Of a DNA stretch of 64,000 bases, positions 57,125 through 64,000 are shown piece by piece. The DNA is from a virus (Duplodnaviria; Caudoviricetes): positions 1,548 through 65,547 of IMG/VR virus record IMGVR_UViG_3300004481_000331. One strand, written 5' to 3'. Made by a program: the position numbers and the translations under genes. Each line of letters opens with the position of its first letter. The first letter of the stretch is position 1. The notes below the pieces were generated by a model, which ran no database searches, was not told the origin of the DNA, and saw nothing but the letters and a program-made list of their open reading frames with translations.

Positions 57125-57185
57125 GCTTGACATTATTCTTATATTATGATATTATTATTACATCATAGCAAACAGGAGACAGACA
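57125..57185 (+). promoter_or_regulatory. Early promoter-RBS element, copy 12
   Basis: TTGACA 57127, TATTAT 57150. Confidence 0.85.
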
Positions 57186-57485
57186 ATGATCAGCCAGAGT
57201 CGTGATGCCAAACAAGCAATGTCCAAAATCTTCGGAAGCAAGAATGTCATGGTCAGAACGCACACTGAAGTCATCAAGGGTGGGCGTTATTATGGTGATC
57301 CATTGATCAGTGTGTGGTCACCGAAAGACGAGCAGCTTGCACGCATTGACGAGATTTTAGCCGCAGGTTTCAATGTGTCAATTTATATCATGAAAGATGG
57401 CAGAACAGCTTATCCGCATTATTTCTGGAATTATGGTTGCCCTGGCAAATTAGAAAATATTGATCTGAGCAAGTCGGAGTTCTAA
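57186..57485 (+). CDS. Hypothetical protein
   Basis: SD-led. Confidence 0.7.
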   Translation: MISQSRDAKQAMSKIFGSKNVMVRTHTEVIKGGRYYGDPLISVWSPKDEQLARIDEILAAGFNVSIYIMKDGRTAYPHYFWNYGCPGKLENIDLSKSEF

Positions 57486-57486
57486 C

Positions 57487-57783
57487 ATGGATAACTACAT
57501 CAATGAATCAATCTTCGAAGATGAAAGTCAAGAACTGGTCGAGTTGGTTTTCAATGCGATAGTTGACGAACTTTCCGGCGTGCAGGATGGAAATAAGCGC
57601 ACTGACAAAAGTGACTTTGTATCGGTTGACCTGACTGATCGCGATGGAATGTGGCATGTCTTTTTCACCGGCTCGCAGCGCAACTATATCCGCTCAATGG
57701 CTTTTGCTGAAGGTGTAATTTCAGGCTTATGCCGTGTGGCTGATCTCAGTGAAGAAATGCAATCCGAGATAGTTTGCAGATAA
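57487..57783 (+). CDS. Hypothetical protein
   Basis: SD GGAG. Confidence 0.65.
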   Translation: MDNYINESIFEDESQELVELVFNAIVDELSGVQDGNKRTDKSDFVSVDLTDRDGMWHVFFTGSQRNYIRSMAFAEGVISGLCRVADLSEEMQSEIVCR

Positions 57784-57796
57784 TCAGGAGAATAAA

Positions 57797-58021
57797 ATGA
57801 AAACTCAGAATTTTGGTGAGTATAATCGCGATGAAGCAAACGCCTTAGTACAGGCGCTGCGTGCAAATATTGAGCACATCAACACAAACCAAATTACCTA
57901 CACATGGTTAACTGAAGATGTTTATGAATTAAGTTTCACAGGCACAGTAAAAATGTTCCGAGAAGTTTGGCAATTCTGCGAAGGTTTCATAACTTGCTGG
58001 CGCATGATCAAAGGAGGATAA
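57797..58021 (+). CDS. Hypothetical protein
   Basis: SD CAGGAGA. Confidence 0.7.
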   Translation: MKTQNFGEYNRDEANALVQALRANIEHINTNQITYTWLTEDVYELSFTGTVKMFREVWQFCEGFITCWRMIKGG

Positions 58022-58024
58022 GTA

Positions 58025-58294
58025 ATGGTTTACTTACTACATTTCAAGCAGCCATACAAGCACGCTCGTCACTATATAGGTTTTGTGACATCAAAGCACA
58101 ACTTATCACTTCGCCTTGATCATCACAAGAACGGCAGCGGTGCACGTCTGATGCAAGTCTTAGCAGAAGCAGGTATCGAGTTCGAATTAGCCGCCACGTG
58201 GGAAGGCGATAGAAATCTGGAACGCAAATTAAAAAATAGGCATGGCGCAAGTCGGTTTTGCCCAATATGCCAAAAGGAAAAACACCATGGATAA
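58025..58294 (+). CDS. Small GIY-YIG nuclease-family protein
   Basis: VYLLHF...HYIGF...RLDHH..GSGA...ERKLK. Confidence 0.75.
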   Translation: MVYLLHFKQPYKHARHYIGFVTSKHNLSLRLDHHKNGSGARLMQVLAEAGIEFELAATWEGDRNLERKLKNRHGASRFCPICQKEKHHG

Positions 58295-58517
58295 TATCAG
58301 TCATGCTCGTATGATGACAGTCGCGGAATACCGGAAATACTCTCGCCCGGGAGCAGTGATCGAGTACAAGCATCAAGTTGTTGCCGCTGTGCAAGCCAGC
58401 CGTTTTCCAAAAACCTATTTGCTGCGCATGGAAACAGGCACTACACAAATAGTGTCTGAAGATATGCAGATCAAAGTTTATTTTCCAGAGCATAATATTG
58501 GTTTTAGGAGTAAATGA
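58287..58517 (+). CDS. Hypothetical protein
   Basis: SD AAGGA before ATG 58287. Confidence 0.55.
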   Translation: MDNISHARMMTVAEYRKYSRPGAVIEYKHQVVAAVQASRFPKTYLLRMETGTTQIVSEDMQIKVYFPEHNIGFRSK

Positions 58518-58849
58518 TGCAACAGAAACCAATAATGAAGCGATATGTCTGCCCGATGGCAGTGCACCATGCGCTATTACCTTTGGATATGCCAGTGAAA
58601 GAAATTGACTATTGGCTTGATACATGCAAGTCGCCTGCGGATGATGGTTGGGCGCTAGTCAGCAGTGAAGAAGGTTGGGTCGCATCAGATAACGAACCAC
58701 ACTGGGTATGCCCAAAATGTTTTGCTTTGATCATTGACCAAATACTAAATGGTTACGGATATGATTTTTTAATTCATCAGACGCCACACGGCTTTAGATG
58801 GAATGATCGAACCGCGACTTGTAAAGGATATACCATAACTAAAGATTAG
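58514..58849 (+). CDS. Hypothetical protein (CPKC)
   Basis: ATGA overlap; SD AGGAG. Confidence 0.6.
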   Translation: MMQQKPIMKRYVCPMAVHHALLPLDMPVKEIDYWLDTCKSPADDGWALVSSEEGWVASDNEPHWVCPKCFALIIDQILNGYGYDFLIHQTPHGFRWNDRTATCKGYTITKD

Positions 58850-58886
58850 GCTTGACATTTGACTTATAATGTGATATTATTATCAC
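58850..58886 (+). promoter_or_regulatory. Early promoter element, copy 13 (no RBS)
   Basis: TTGACA 58852, TATTAT 58875; ATG at the predicted +1. Confidence 0.8.
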
Positions 58887-59297
58887 ATGATGACAGATGC
58901 AGAAATCACAAAATTATTGGAAGGAATTTTCACAGCAAAGCCCGAACCTATTGCCAGTGAACTTACTGCAGAATTCGCGGAAGTCATTGAAGCCGCAAAA
59001 GTAGCAGGTTTGACTTTCATTCCAGTAATCATAATTGATAAATTCAATGAATTCTTCACAGGCAGATTAGATCGCAGTAAATATAGCGAGACAGCAATTT
59101 TGATCAATACACAATTAGTGATTACTGACACTGATCGCGTTGAGCGAACCATTGCACAGATGCAAGCCACACTTGCGCATGAGTTGGGTCACTGTCATCA
59201 TATCGAACATCTACATGGTTCTTATGAAGAATTCGGTTTTGGTTTTTGTGAAGATTACGCTGATAATTTTGCACGTGCATTAGGTTATAGAAAATAA
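58887..59297 (+). CDS. HExxH metallopeptidase (ImmA/IrrE-like)
   Basis: 'ATLAHELGH...CEDYADNFA..L'. Confidence 0.65.
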   Translation: MMTDAEITKLLEGIFTAKPEPIASELTAEFAEVIEAAKVAGLTFIPVIIIDKFNEFFTGRLDRSKYSETAILINTQLVITDTDRVERTIAQMQATLAHELGHCHHIEHLHGSYEEFGFGFCEDYADNFARALGYRK

Positions 59298-59349
59298 AAA
59301 AAATATAGATGCCCATGAACTGATCATATCGAATTCTAACAATATTCAT

Positions 59350-59404
59350 GCTTGACATTTAGTTTATATTATGATATTATTATAATATCAAACAGGAGAA
59401 AGTC
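59350..59404 (+). promoter_or_regulatory. Early promoter-RBS element, copy 14
   Basis: TTGACA 59352, TATTAT 59375. Confidence 0.85.
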
Positions 59405-59611
59405 ATGAAGATTACAGCACAGCAAGCATACAAAACAGCAATAAATGAACAGATGAAGTTCAGAGCACGTGGCTATGGTCGCAGAATAGTTTTCATCAAT
59501 ACATGCCCAGATTGCAATGGACGCGGCATCGATTGTGCAACATGCGGAAATGAACCAGACAATGCGCAAGACAAAGTCAAAGTTGGAAAGTATTGGTATG
59601 CAACGTTATGA
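59405..59611 (+). CDS. Zn-finger protein (CPDC..CATC)
   Basis: SD-led. Confidence 0.65.
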   Translation: MKITAQQAYKTAINEQMKFRARGYGRRIVFINTCPDCNGRGIDCATCGNEPDNAQDKVKVGKYWYATL

Positions 59612-59883
59612 ATAATCCAGACGAACTAATCAACCAATTCTCGCATATTGTAAGGGATGCAAGCCGCCCTTACTCATGCGCAGTTATATCGATGCATAAC
59701 ACAGCCGATTATCTGCGAGCGGGGTTACTGTCGCAGGAATTTATTGATTATTTCTCAGCCAATTCTTTTGGAGAAAGTGAAACATATAAATGGGAAACAA
59801 GGCGAGTTGACCAGATTGTAAACTTGAAAATCTGGAAGATAAATAATGCTCATTTAGGATTTACTAAGGAGTGTGGCAAATGA
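59608..59883 (+). CDS. Hypothetical protein
   Basis: ATGA overlap. Confidence 0.55.
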   Translation: MNNPDELINQFSHIVRDASRPYSCAVISMHNTADYLRAGLLSQEFIDYFSANSFGESETYKWETRRVDQIVNLKIWKINNAHLGFTKECGK

Positions 59884-60113
59884 AGGGCTACGCATATGCA
59901 GTAGTGTGGATTGCGCTGAATGATGAGCCAACCTGCAAAGATGTCTATCAAGTTGCAAGTTTTATATCTGTTCAATTGATCGCAGACTTATTCAAAAAAG
60001 ATGTCAAAGACGTTGCTGCAGATGTGGTCGGTTTCAGAACAGGCACAGCACCACGCCGATTGGTCAGGCAGGTAAATAAACATTGGTTTGACCTGCGGAA
60101 GTTGTTGCCATGA
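59880..60113 (+). CDS. Hypothetical protein
   Basis: ATGA overlap; SD AGGAG. Confidence 0.6.
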   Translation: MKGYAYAVVWIALNDEPTCKDVYQVASFISVQLIADLFKKDVKDVAADVVGFRTGTAPRRLVRQVNKHWFDLRKLLP

Positions 60114-60128
60114 ATTGTGATGACTGTC

Positions 60129-60165
60129 AAAAAAAAGCCCTTGCATAATGCAGGGGCTTTTTTTT
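60129..60165. terminator. Bidirectional rho-independent terminator
   Basis: A8-GCCCTTGCA-TAA-TGCAGGGGC-T8 between convergent operons. Confidence 0.85.
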
Positions 60166-60166
60166 A

Positions 60167-61183
60167 TCACATGGTGTACCATGCAGCGCAGTAAATCTTT
60201 TTCCCAAGTCGCCACCATTTTTTGCCATACTCATCATAAGCTACGTCTTCAGGATAAAGTATCTTCCCTTTGGATGTCTGCCCAATGATCGAGCCATAAT
60301 AATTCTTCGCTGATGGTTCACTACGCAGGTAGAGCGTGGTGGCTGTAACTGTAACTTTCTCAGGCATCTCAGGTTCAAGATCAACCACAATGCCACCATT
60401 GCCAAAAAATTCAGCACATTCTGTAACTGTTCCATAAAACCAGTTTCCGTCAGCTTTACTGGGTATGCCAGGAATGGTCAAGTTGTCTGCATACTGATGC
60501 ATCGCCGCTTGAGTCCATGGATAAGGAATGATCGGTGTATCCGCGTAGTAATGCGCAATCCACAAGAAATACTTGTCATTCCAGTTTGGGTATGAGCCAT
60601 CCAGACACCTGAAGAAAGTTTTCCAGAAGTATGGTGACGTATAGATACCGACCTTTGCGCCCGGACGTTTGCTGATCACATAATCACAAAATGCTTCCGC
60701 AATCTGATAGAGCTGCAAAGCATCCACTGCTGCATCAGCCAGCGCAGAACGTGTGCTCCAAGGATATAGAATTTGCTGTATCAATCGAGTTTGTTCTTCT
60801 GACCACTTCGCCATGCCACGTGAAGGCACAACTACCTGCGCTGTTTCTATCGATTGAAGTAAATTAGCACTCTCGAGCATTTCAGCAGCCGCAAGCAGCA
60901 AAGGTGTCTCGCAGTCGCAGACGTAAGTTTTCACGCCGGCACCAGTGTAATCAAGAAATACCTTCGCTTGCTCGATTGGGTCATAGTTCGGACGCAGGAA
61001 ATGATAAGCCCCAAATGGCACGCAGTTTTCTTCACAACCGCGCTTGTTGTTTGGATACTGATCATCCTTATAGTAAGTCGCCTCAGTCGCTTTATGAATT
61101 GCGGCTTCTACATGCTGCGCAGTAGTCGCCCACTGTATCACGCCTTGCCAGTGAGAGTCGTCAATAAAAAAGGTCTTAGTCAT
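60167..61183 (-). CDS. Endolysin: GH25 muramidase + C-terminal SH3-like cell-wall-binding domain
   Basis: IDDSHWQG, KATE, GAYHF, CDCE, GIYTS, LWIAHY, HQY; C-terminal 'LYLRSEPS...WWRL'. Confidence 0.9.
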   Translation of the reverse strand: MTKTFFIDDSHWQGVIQWATTAQHVEAAIHKATEATYYKDDQYPNNKRGCEENCVPFGAYHFLRPNYDPIEQAKVFLDYTGAGVKTYVCDCETPLLLAAAEMLESANLLQSIETAQVVVPSRGMAKWSEEQTRLIQQILYPWSTRSALADAAVDALQLYQIAEAFCDYVISKRPGAKVGIYTSPYFWKTFFRCLDGSYPNWNDKYFLWIAHYYADTPIIPYPWTQAAMHQYADNLTIPGIPSKADGNWFYGTVTECAEFFGNGGIVVDLEPEMPEKVTVTATTLYLRSEPSAKNYYGSIIGQTSKGKILYPEDVAYDEYGKKWWRLGKKIYCAAWYTM

Positions 61184-61184
61184 T

Positions 61185-61535
61185 TCAACCTTGTGGTGAG
61201 TTTTGCTTGATCACACCAATTTTCTGAAAATGTCCAAGGACAGAAGCCGCAAGTTTCAGAAATACAGTCGCATAGACAGCTTCACTACCCCAAGGCAAAA
61301 CTACATCTGCCACCTTTGGCAATGGAAATGCGCCCAACACCGCTACTGCCATCCAGGCAATGATCGGTAAGAAATCGCTTTGCAGGTAGTTGGTCAAGTA
61401 ATCCCATTTGAAATTCCTGCCAATTACCGCTAAAGTAATGCCAAAGACGACATCAACCACAGTCAGGGCGAGCAAGATAAATAATTGTGTTTCCATTCCT
61501 TGCCATGCATTGGTAAATACTTCTCCCAGGTTCAT
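61185..61535 (-). CDS. Holin
   Basis: Multi-TM small protein directly upstream of the endolysin. Confidence 0.65.
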   Translation of the reverse strand: MNLGEVFTNAWQGMETQLFILLALTVVDVVFGITLAVIGRNFKWDYLTNYLQSDFLPIIAWMAVAVLGAFPLPKVADVVLPWGSEAVYATVFLKLAASVLGHFQKIGVIKQNSPQG

Positions 61536-61555
61536 TTTAGCCTCCTAAGCTAATT

Positions 61556-61897
61556 TTATTCGGGGCAATCTAATACTTGATTTTCTAAGTCACGCTTTTT
61601 ACATTTTTTAGATACTTGCATGATCACACACCATATATAGATTATACAACCAATCAGTATAGGTGTAATAACGTAAGTATTGAAGTTATGTGCGCCGCCA
61701 GAACCTTCACCAGTAATAAGGTTGATCATTGCACTTATCCAAAGCATACTCAATAAAACAGAAAGTGCAATATGCACACGACAGATAGGGCTTCTAAATC
61801 GCCTGCAGCCATCACACGCAAAGACAATTAATGTTATACCTAGTAAAGGATAACCGATCAATTTAGCATAAGTAAAAATATGGTAATGAGTTTCCAT
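61556..61897 (-). CDS. Membrane protein in the lysis cassette
   Basis: Three TM helices; SD GGAGG before ATG 61897. Confidence 0.55.
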   Translation of the reverse strand: METHYHIFTYAKLIGYPLLGITLIVFACDGCRRFRSPICRVHIALSVLLSMLWISAMINLITGEGSGGAHNFNTYVITPILIGCIIYIWCVIMQVSKKCKKRDLENQVLDCPE

Positions 61898-61898
61898 T

Positions 61899-62168
61899 TC
61901 ATTGCCTCCCCATGATTGCAGCAATTGTGCCTGCAATTGTAGTATAAACAGTTTGAAGAAGCTGGAAAATTGTCAGACGTTCACGCAAAGTAATCACTAT
62001 TTCTTTCATTGTATCAACTTGCTTTTTTAATTCATCAAAGTCAGTTTTACTAACTAATACTAAGTTGTCTTTCCAATCATTCAATTCCTTACAATCTCGC
62101 TCGAGATGTTCAATCCTCAGTCGGATTACATTACCATTTCCATCTTGTGGTGTTGGCTGCGTAGTCAT
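61899..62168 (-). CDS. Coiled-coil protein with C-terminal TM (XhlA-like)
   Basis: Heptad pattern, hydrophobic C-terminus, lysis position. Confidence 0.5.
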   Translation of the reverse strand: MTTQPTPQDGNGNVIRLRIEHLERDCKELNDWKDNLVLVSKTDFDELKKQVDTMKEIVITLRERLTIFQLLQTVYTTIAGTIAAIMGRQ

Positions 62169-62176
62169 CGATCACC

Positions 62177-63421
62177 TTACTTCTGATATTCTGCGCGGCT
62201 ACCAAGCATATCCACGTTCAAATGGACATCGAAGTGTAGTATATCCTGATTAGCAGCAACCGGGTCACTTCCTGCAAACAGCGTACTTACATTAGTGTAG
62301 TCACGCCAAAGTTTCACTTGCACAATATCCGAAACTTGCCCATAACCCGAAGGCGCAGGAATATCAGAAAATAAGGTTATTTGATTGAGTGTTCCACTGC
62401 TCCAAATCCAGTTGGTGGTTGCCCATTTTGCCAACGTCCATGATGTAGTCTTTGCCGCGTTCTCTTTTTGCCAGCGATAGCCCATCAGGAAATTCGGCGT
62501 GTTAGTCGTTGTCTGCCACCAGTGGATATGAGGCCCTAATGAAGTACCCAATGCCCAATCATGATTAAGCTGGATATTCATGGTGAGAAAATCAGTCGGA
62601 TAGCGTGCACTCGTCTTCATAGTTATGCTGGCTTCCGCATCATTGAGAACTATATCGCCAGCAGGTGAAGTCAATCTCGTGGACAGCAGCGAAGTAAATT
62701 CATCTCGGTAACAGCGTGCCAAGCCCATTGAAACTAGTGTGCCATCTGGCTCAAACATTGAATAATTGCCTAATTGCATATTGCCAAAAGTTTGGCGTTC
62801 TTTTGGGTCAACATAAATAATACCGTTGCCAGGATTCTGCACAAGACAAATTCCAACCTTGACAATAAAGCCAGTGGTCGGCGGCGAACCTTGCATACCA
62901 CCGGCAGTAGTCGTAGAAAGAAAAACGTTGCCGCCCTCAGCGAAGTCAGCAGTATTTATTCCGCGCACCAAACCACGCACGGTCACAAAGCCATCTGAAT
63001 TATGTGGAATGTCATTGGTAGCCAAACCACAGACGCAAGCATTATTATATATGTCTGCACGTGCAAGAGCAATCAACGGACGACCACCAAGGGCTTGTGT
63101 GAATCTTACCGCAGAACCGTTTGAGATTGCTACGCCCGTATTATTACGGACACGCACAAGTGTTTCTTGACCAACCTGGATGACTGTATGCCCACCTGTG
63201 TAGACATTCAGCGTCTTATCGGTTTCATTCCAGTTGACATAACCTTCTATACCATTCAGCGGTTCAATCGGTGTGGTGTCAAATTGAAGATGGTCAAGGT
63301 TGGTTGATTGAAGATTAGCCGCAATTGCAGCGATGAATTCTGTCCAGTTCGCAATGCGCACTGGCGAAGCCGGGCCATACTCGTTAGTTCCTGCAACAAC
63401 TATAACTGGATCGTCAGGCAT
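62177..63421 (-). CDS. Minor tail / fibre protein (414 aa)
   Basis: 'RVRNNTG..I..G..V...ACVCGLATNDIP...GFVT.RG.V.GINT' capsid-cement/fibre-like segment; tail position. Confidence 0.6.
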   Translation of the reverse strand: MPDDPVIVVAGTNEYGPASPVRIANWTEFIAAIAANLQSTNLDHLQFDTTPIEPLNGIEGYVNWNETDKTLNVYTGGHTVIQVGQETLVRVRNNTGVAISNGSAVRFTQALGGRPLIALARADIYNNACVCGLATNDIPHNSDGFVTVRGLVRGINTADFAEGGNVFLSTTTAGGMQGSPPTTGFIVKVGICLVQNPGNGIIYVDPKERQTFGNMQLGNYSMFEPDGTLVSMGLARCYRDEFTSLLSTRLTSPAGDIVLNDAEASITMKTSARYPTDFLTMNIQLNHDWALGTSLGPHIHWWQTTTNTPNFLMGYRWQKENAAKTTSWTLAKWATTNWIWSSGTLNQITLFSDIPAPSGYGQVSDIVQVKLWRDYTNVSTLFAGSDPVAANQDILHFDVHLNVDMLGSRAEYQK

Positions 63422-63432
63422 GATACACCTCT

Positions 63433-63987
63433 TTATCTACCAAATAAGTTTTGTGTCCATTGCCATACCATCCAAATATAATAATTCGGTATGTATGAAC
63501 CAGCCACAAAAGCAAGAGATAAGTTGCCTTTTAAAATATGCGCAATAGCGCCCGCAGTTGTTCTGTAAGCTCCTAGAGCTATTGGAGCTGTACTGTTATA
63601 GATTTGAGCAGCTGCTGTGACTACACTTACCCAGGTACCGTCCAAGAAAACATCTAATATTCCGGGGCTAAATCTACCTACAACAAAATGAAATAAACTC
63701 GAGTTTGTTACATCTCCGGTATGAGTTACAGCAGAAAAAGTTGTTCCATCCGGTGTGATAGTAAAGGTAGGTTTAGAACCACTAAGCCGCAATTGAAATG
63801 CTACATTAGCCGAAGCTTCTCTTTTGGCAATTAGTGTTGAATATGCTACGGTTGTATCAGCATAAACCCATGCACCAACAGTCAAACCTTTATTAACTAT
63901 GTGAGCTTCAGTAGCTGTTACATCTAATTGAGCTTCATCTGTTCTATATAGATGCGCGGTTGTCCCATTAAATATAGCCTTTGTCAC
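63433..63987 (-). CDS. LamG/concanavalin-A-like domain tail protein
   Basis: 'LTVGAWV...FHFVVG......VFLDG...APIALGA'. Confidence 0.7.
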   Translation of the reverse strand: MTKAIFNGTTAHLYRTDEAQLDVTATEAHIVNKGLTVGAWVYADTTVAYSTLIAKREASANVAFQLRLSGSKPTFTITPDGTTFSAVTHTGDVTNSSLFHFVVGRFSPGILDVFLDGTWVSVVTAAAQIYNSTAPIALGAYRTTAGAIAHILKGNLSLAFVAGSYIPNYYIWMVWQWTQNLFGR

Positions 63988-64000
63988 ATATGCAGGGCAT

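Noticed and set aside
20051-59404. Repeated element as a CRISPR array or attC/integron sites
   Set aside because: Copies are dispersed 0.3-11 kb apart, have variable internal spacers and match sigma70 promoter geometry; no cas or integrase gene.
1-64000. tRNA genes, DGR/retron reverse transcriptase, introns/inteins, alternative genetic code
   Set aside because: By eye I found no T-loop/cloverleaf, no RT (YxDD) protein and no interrupted core genes, and ORFs tile the window under the standard code; tRNAscan and Infernal were not run.

Overview
This window is most of a tailed dsDNA (siphovirus-like) phage genome. It begins inside a tail gene and ends in tail-fibre genes on the same strand, so it is probably a near-complete circular or permuted genome. 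Minus strand 1-19916 is the morphogenesis operon, in transcription order: ChaB-protease-scaffold, major capsid protein, double-GT2 glycosyltransferase, head accessory and fibre proteins, connector, tail tube with beta-propeller, tail chaperones, tape measure, tail-tip protein. Minus strand 21347-31111 is one operon joining a ParB / DpdA-like / T-fold / GT4 glycosyltransferase / QueF-like / YhhQ 7-deazaguanine DNA-modification cluster to terminase, portal and a minor head protein. Plus strand 20112-21297, 31213-41476 and 45999-60113 carry many small early genes. These are organised as cassettes, each headed by one of 14 copies of a conserved promoter-RBS element (GCTTGACA-N14-TGATATTATTAT...CAGGAGA). 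Minus 41568-45653 is a lambda-like replication module (initiator with iterons, DnaB). Minus 60167-63987 is lysis (GH25 endolysin, holin) plus tail fibre and LamG genes. No integrase, tRNA or CRISPR array was seen. The best candidates for new biology are a possibly glycosylated deazaguanine DNA modification coupled to packaging, the promoter-cassette architecture, a capsid-operon glycosyltransferase with an internal in-frame start, a +1 (UUU_CGC) tail-chaperone frameshift, and HIP-like TGATCA over-representation. All family assignments come from motif recognition by eye; no database search was run.
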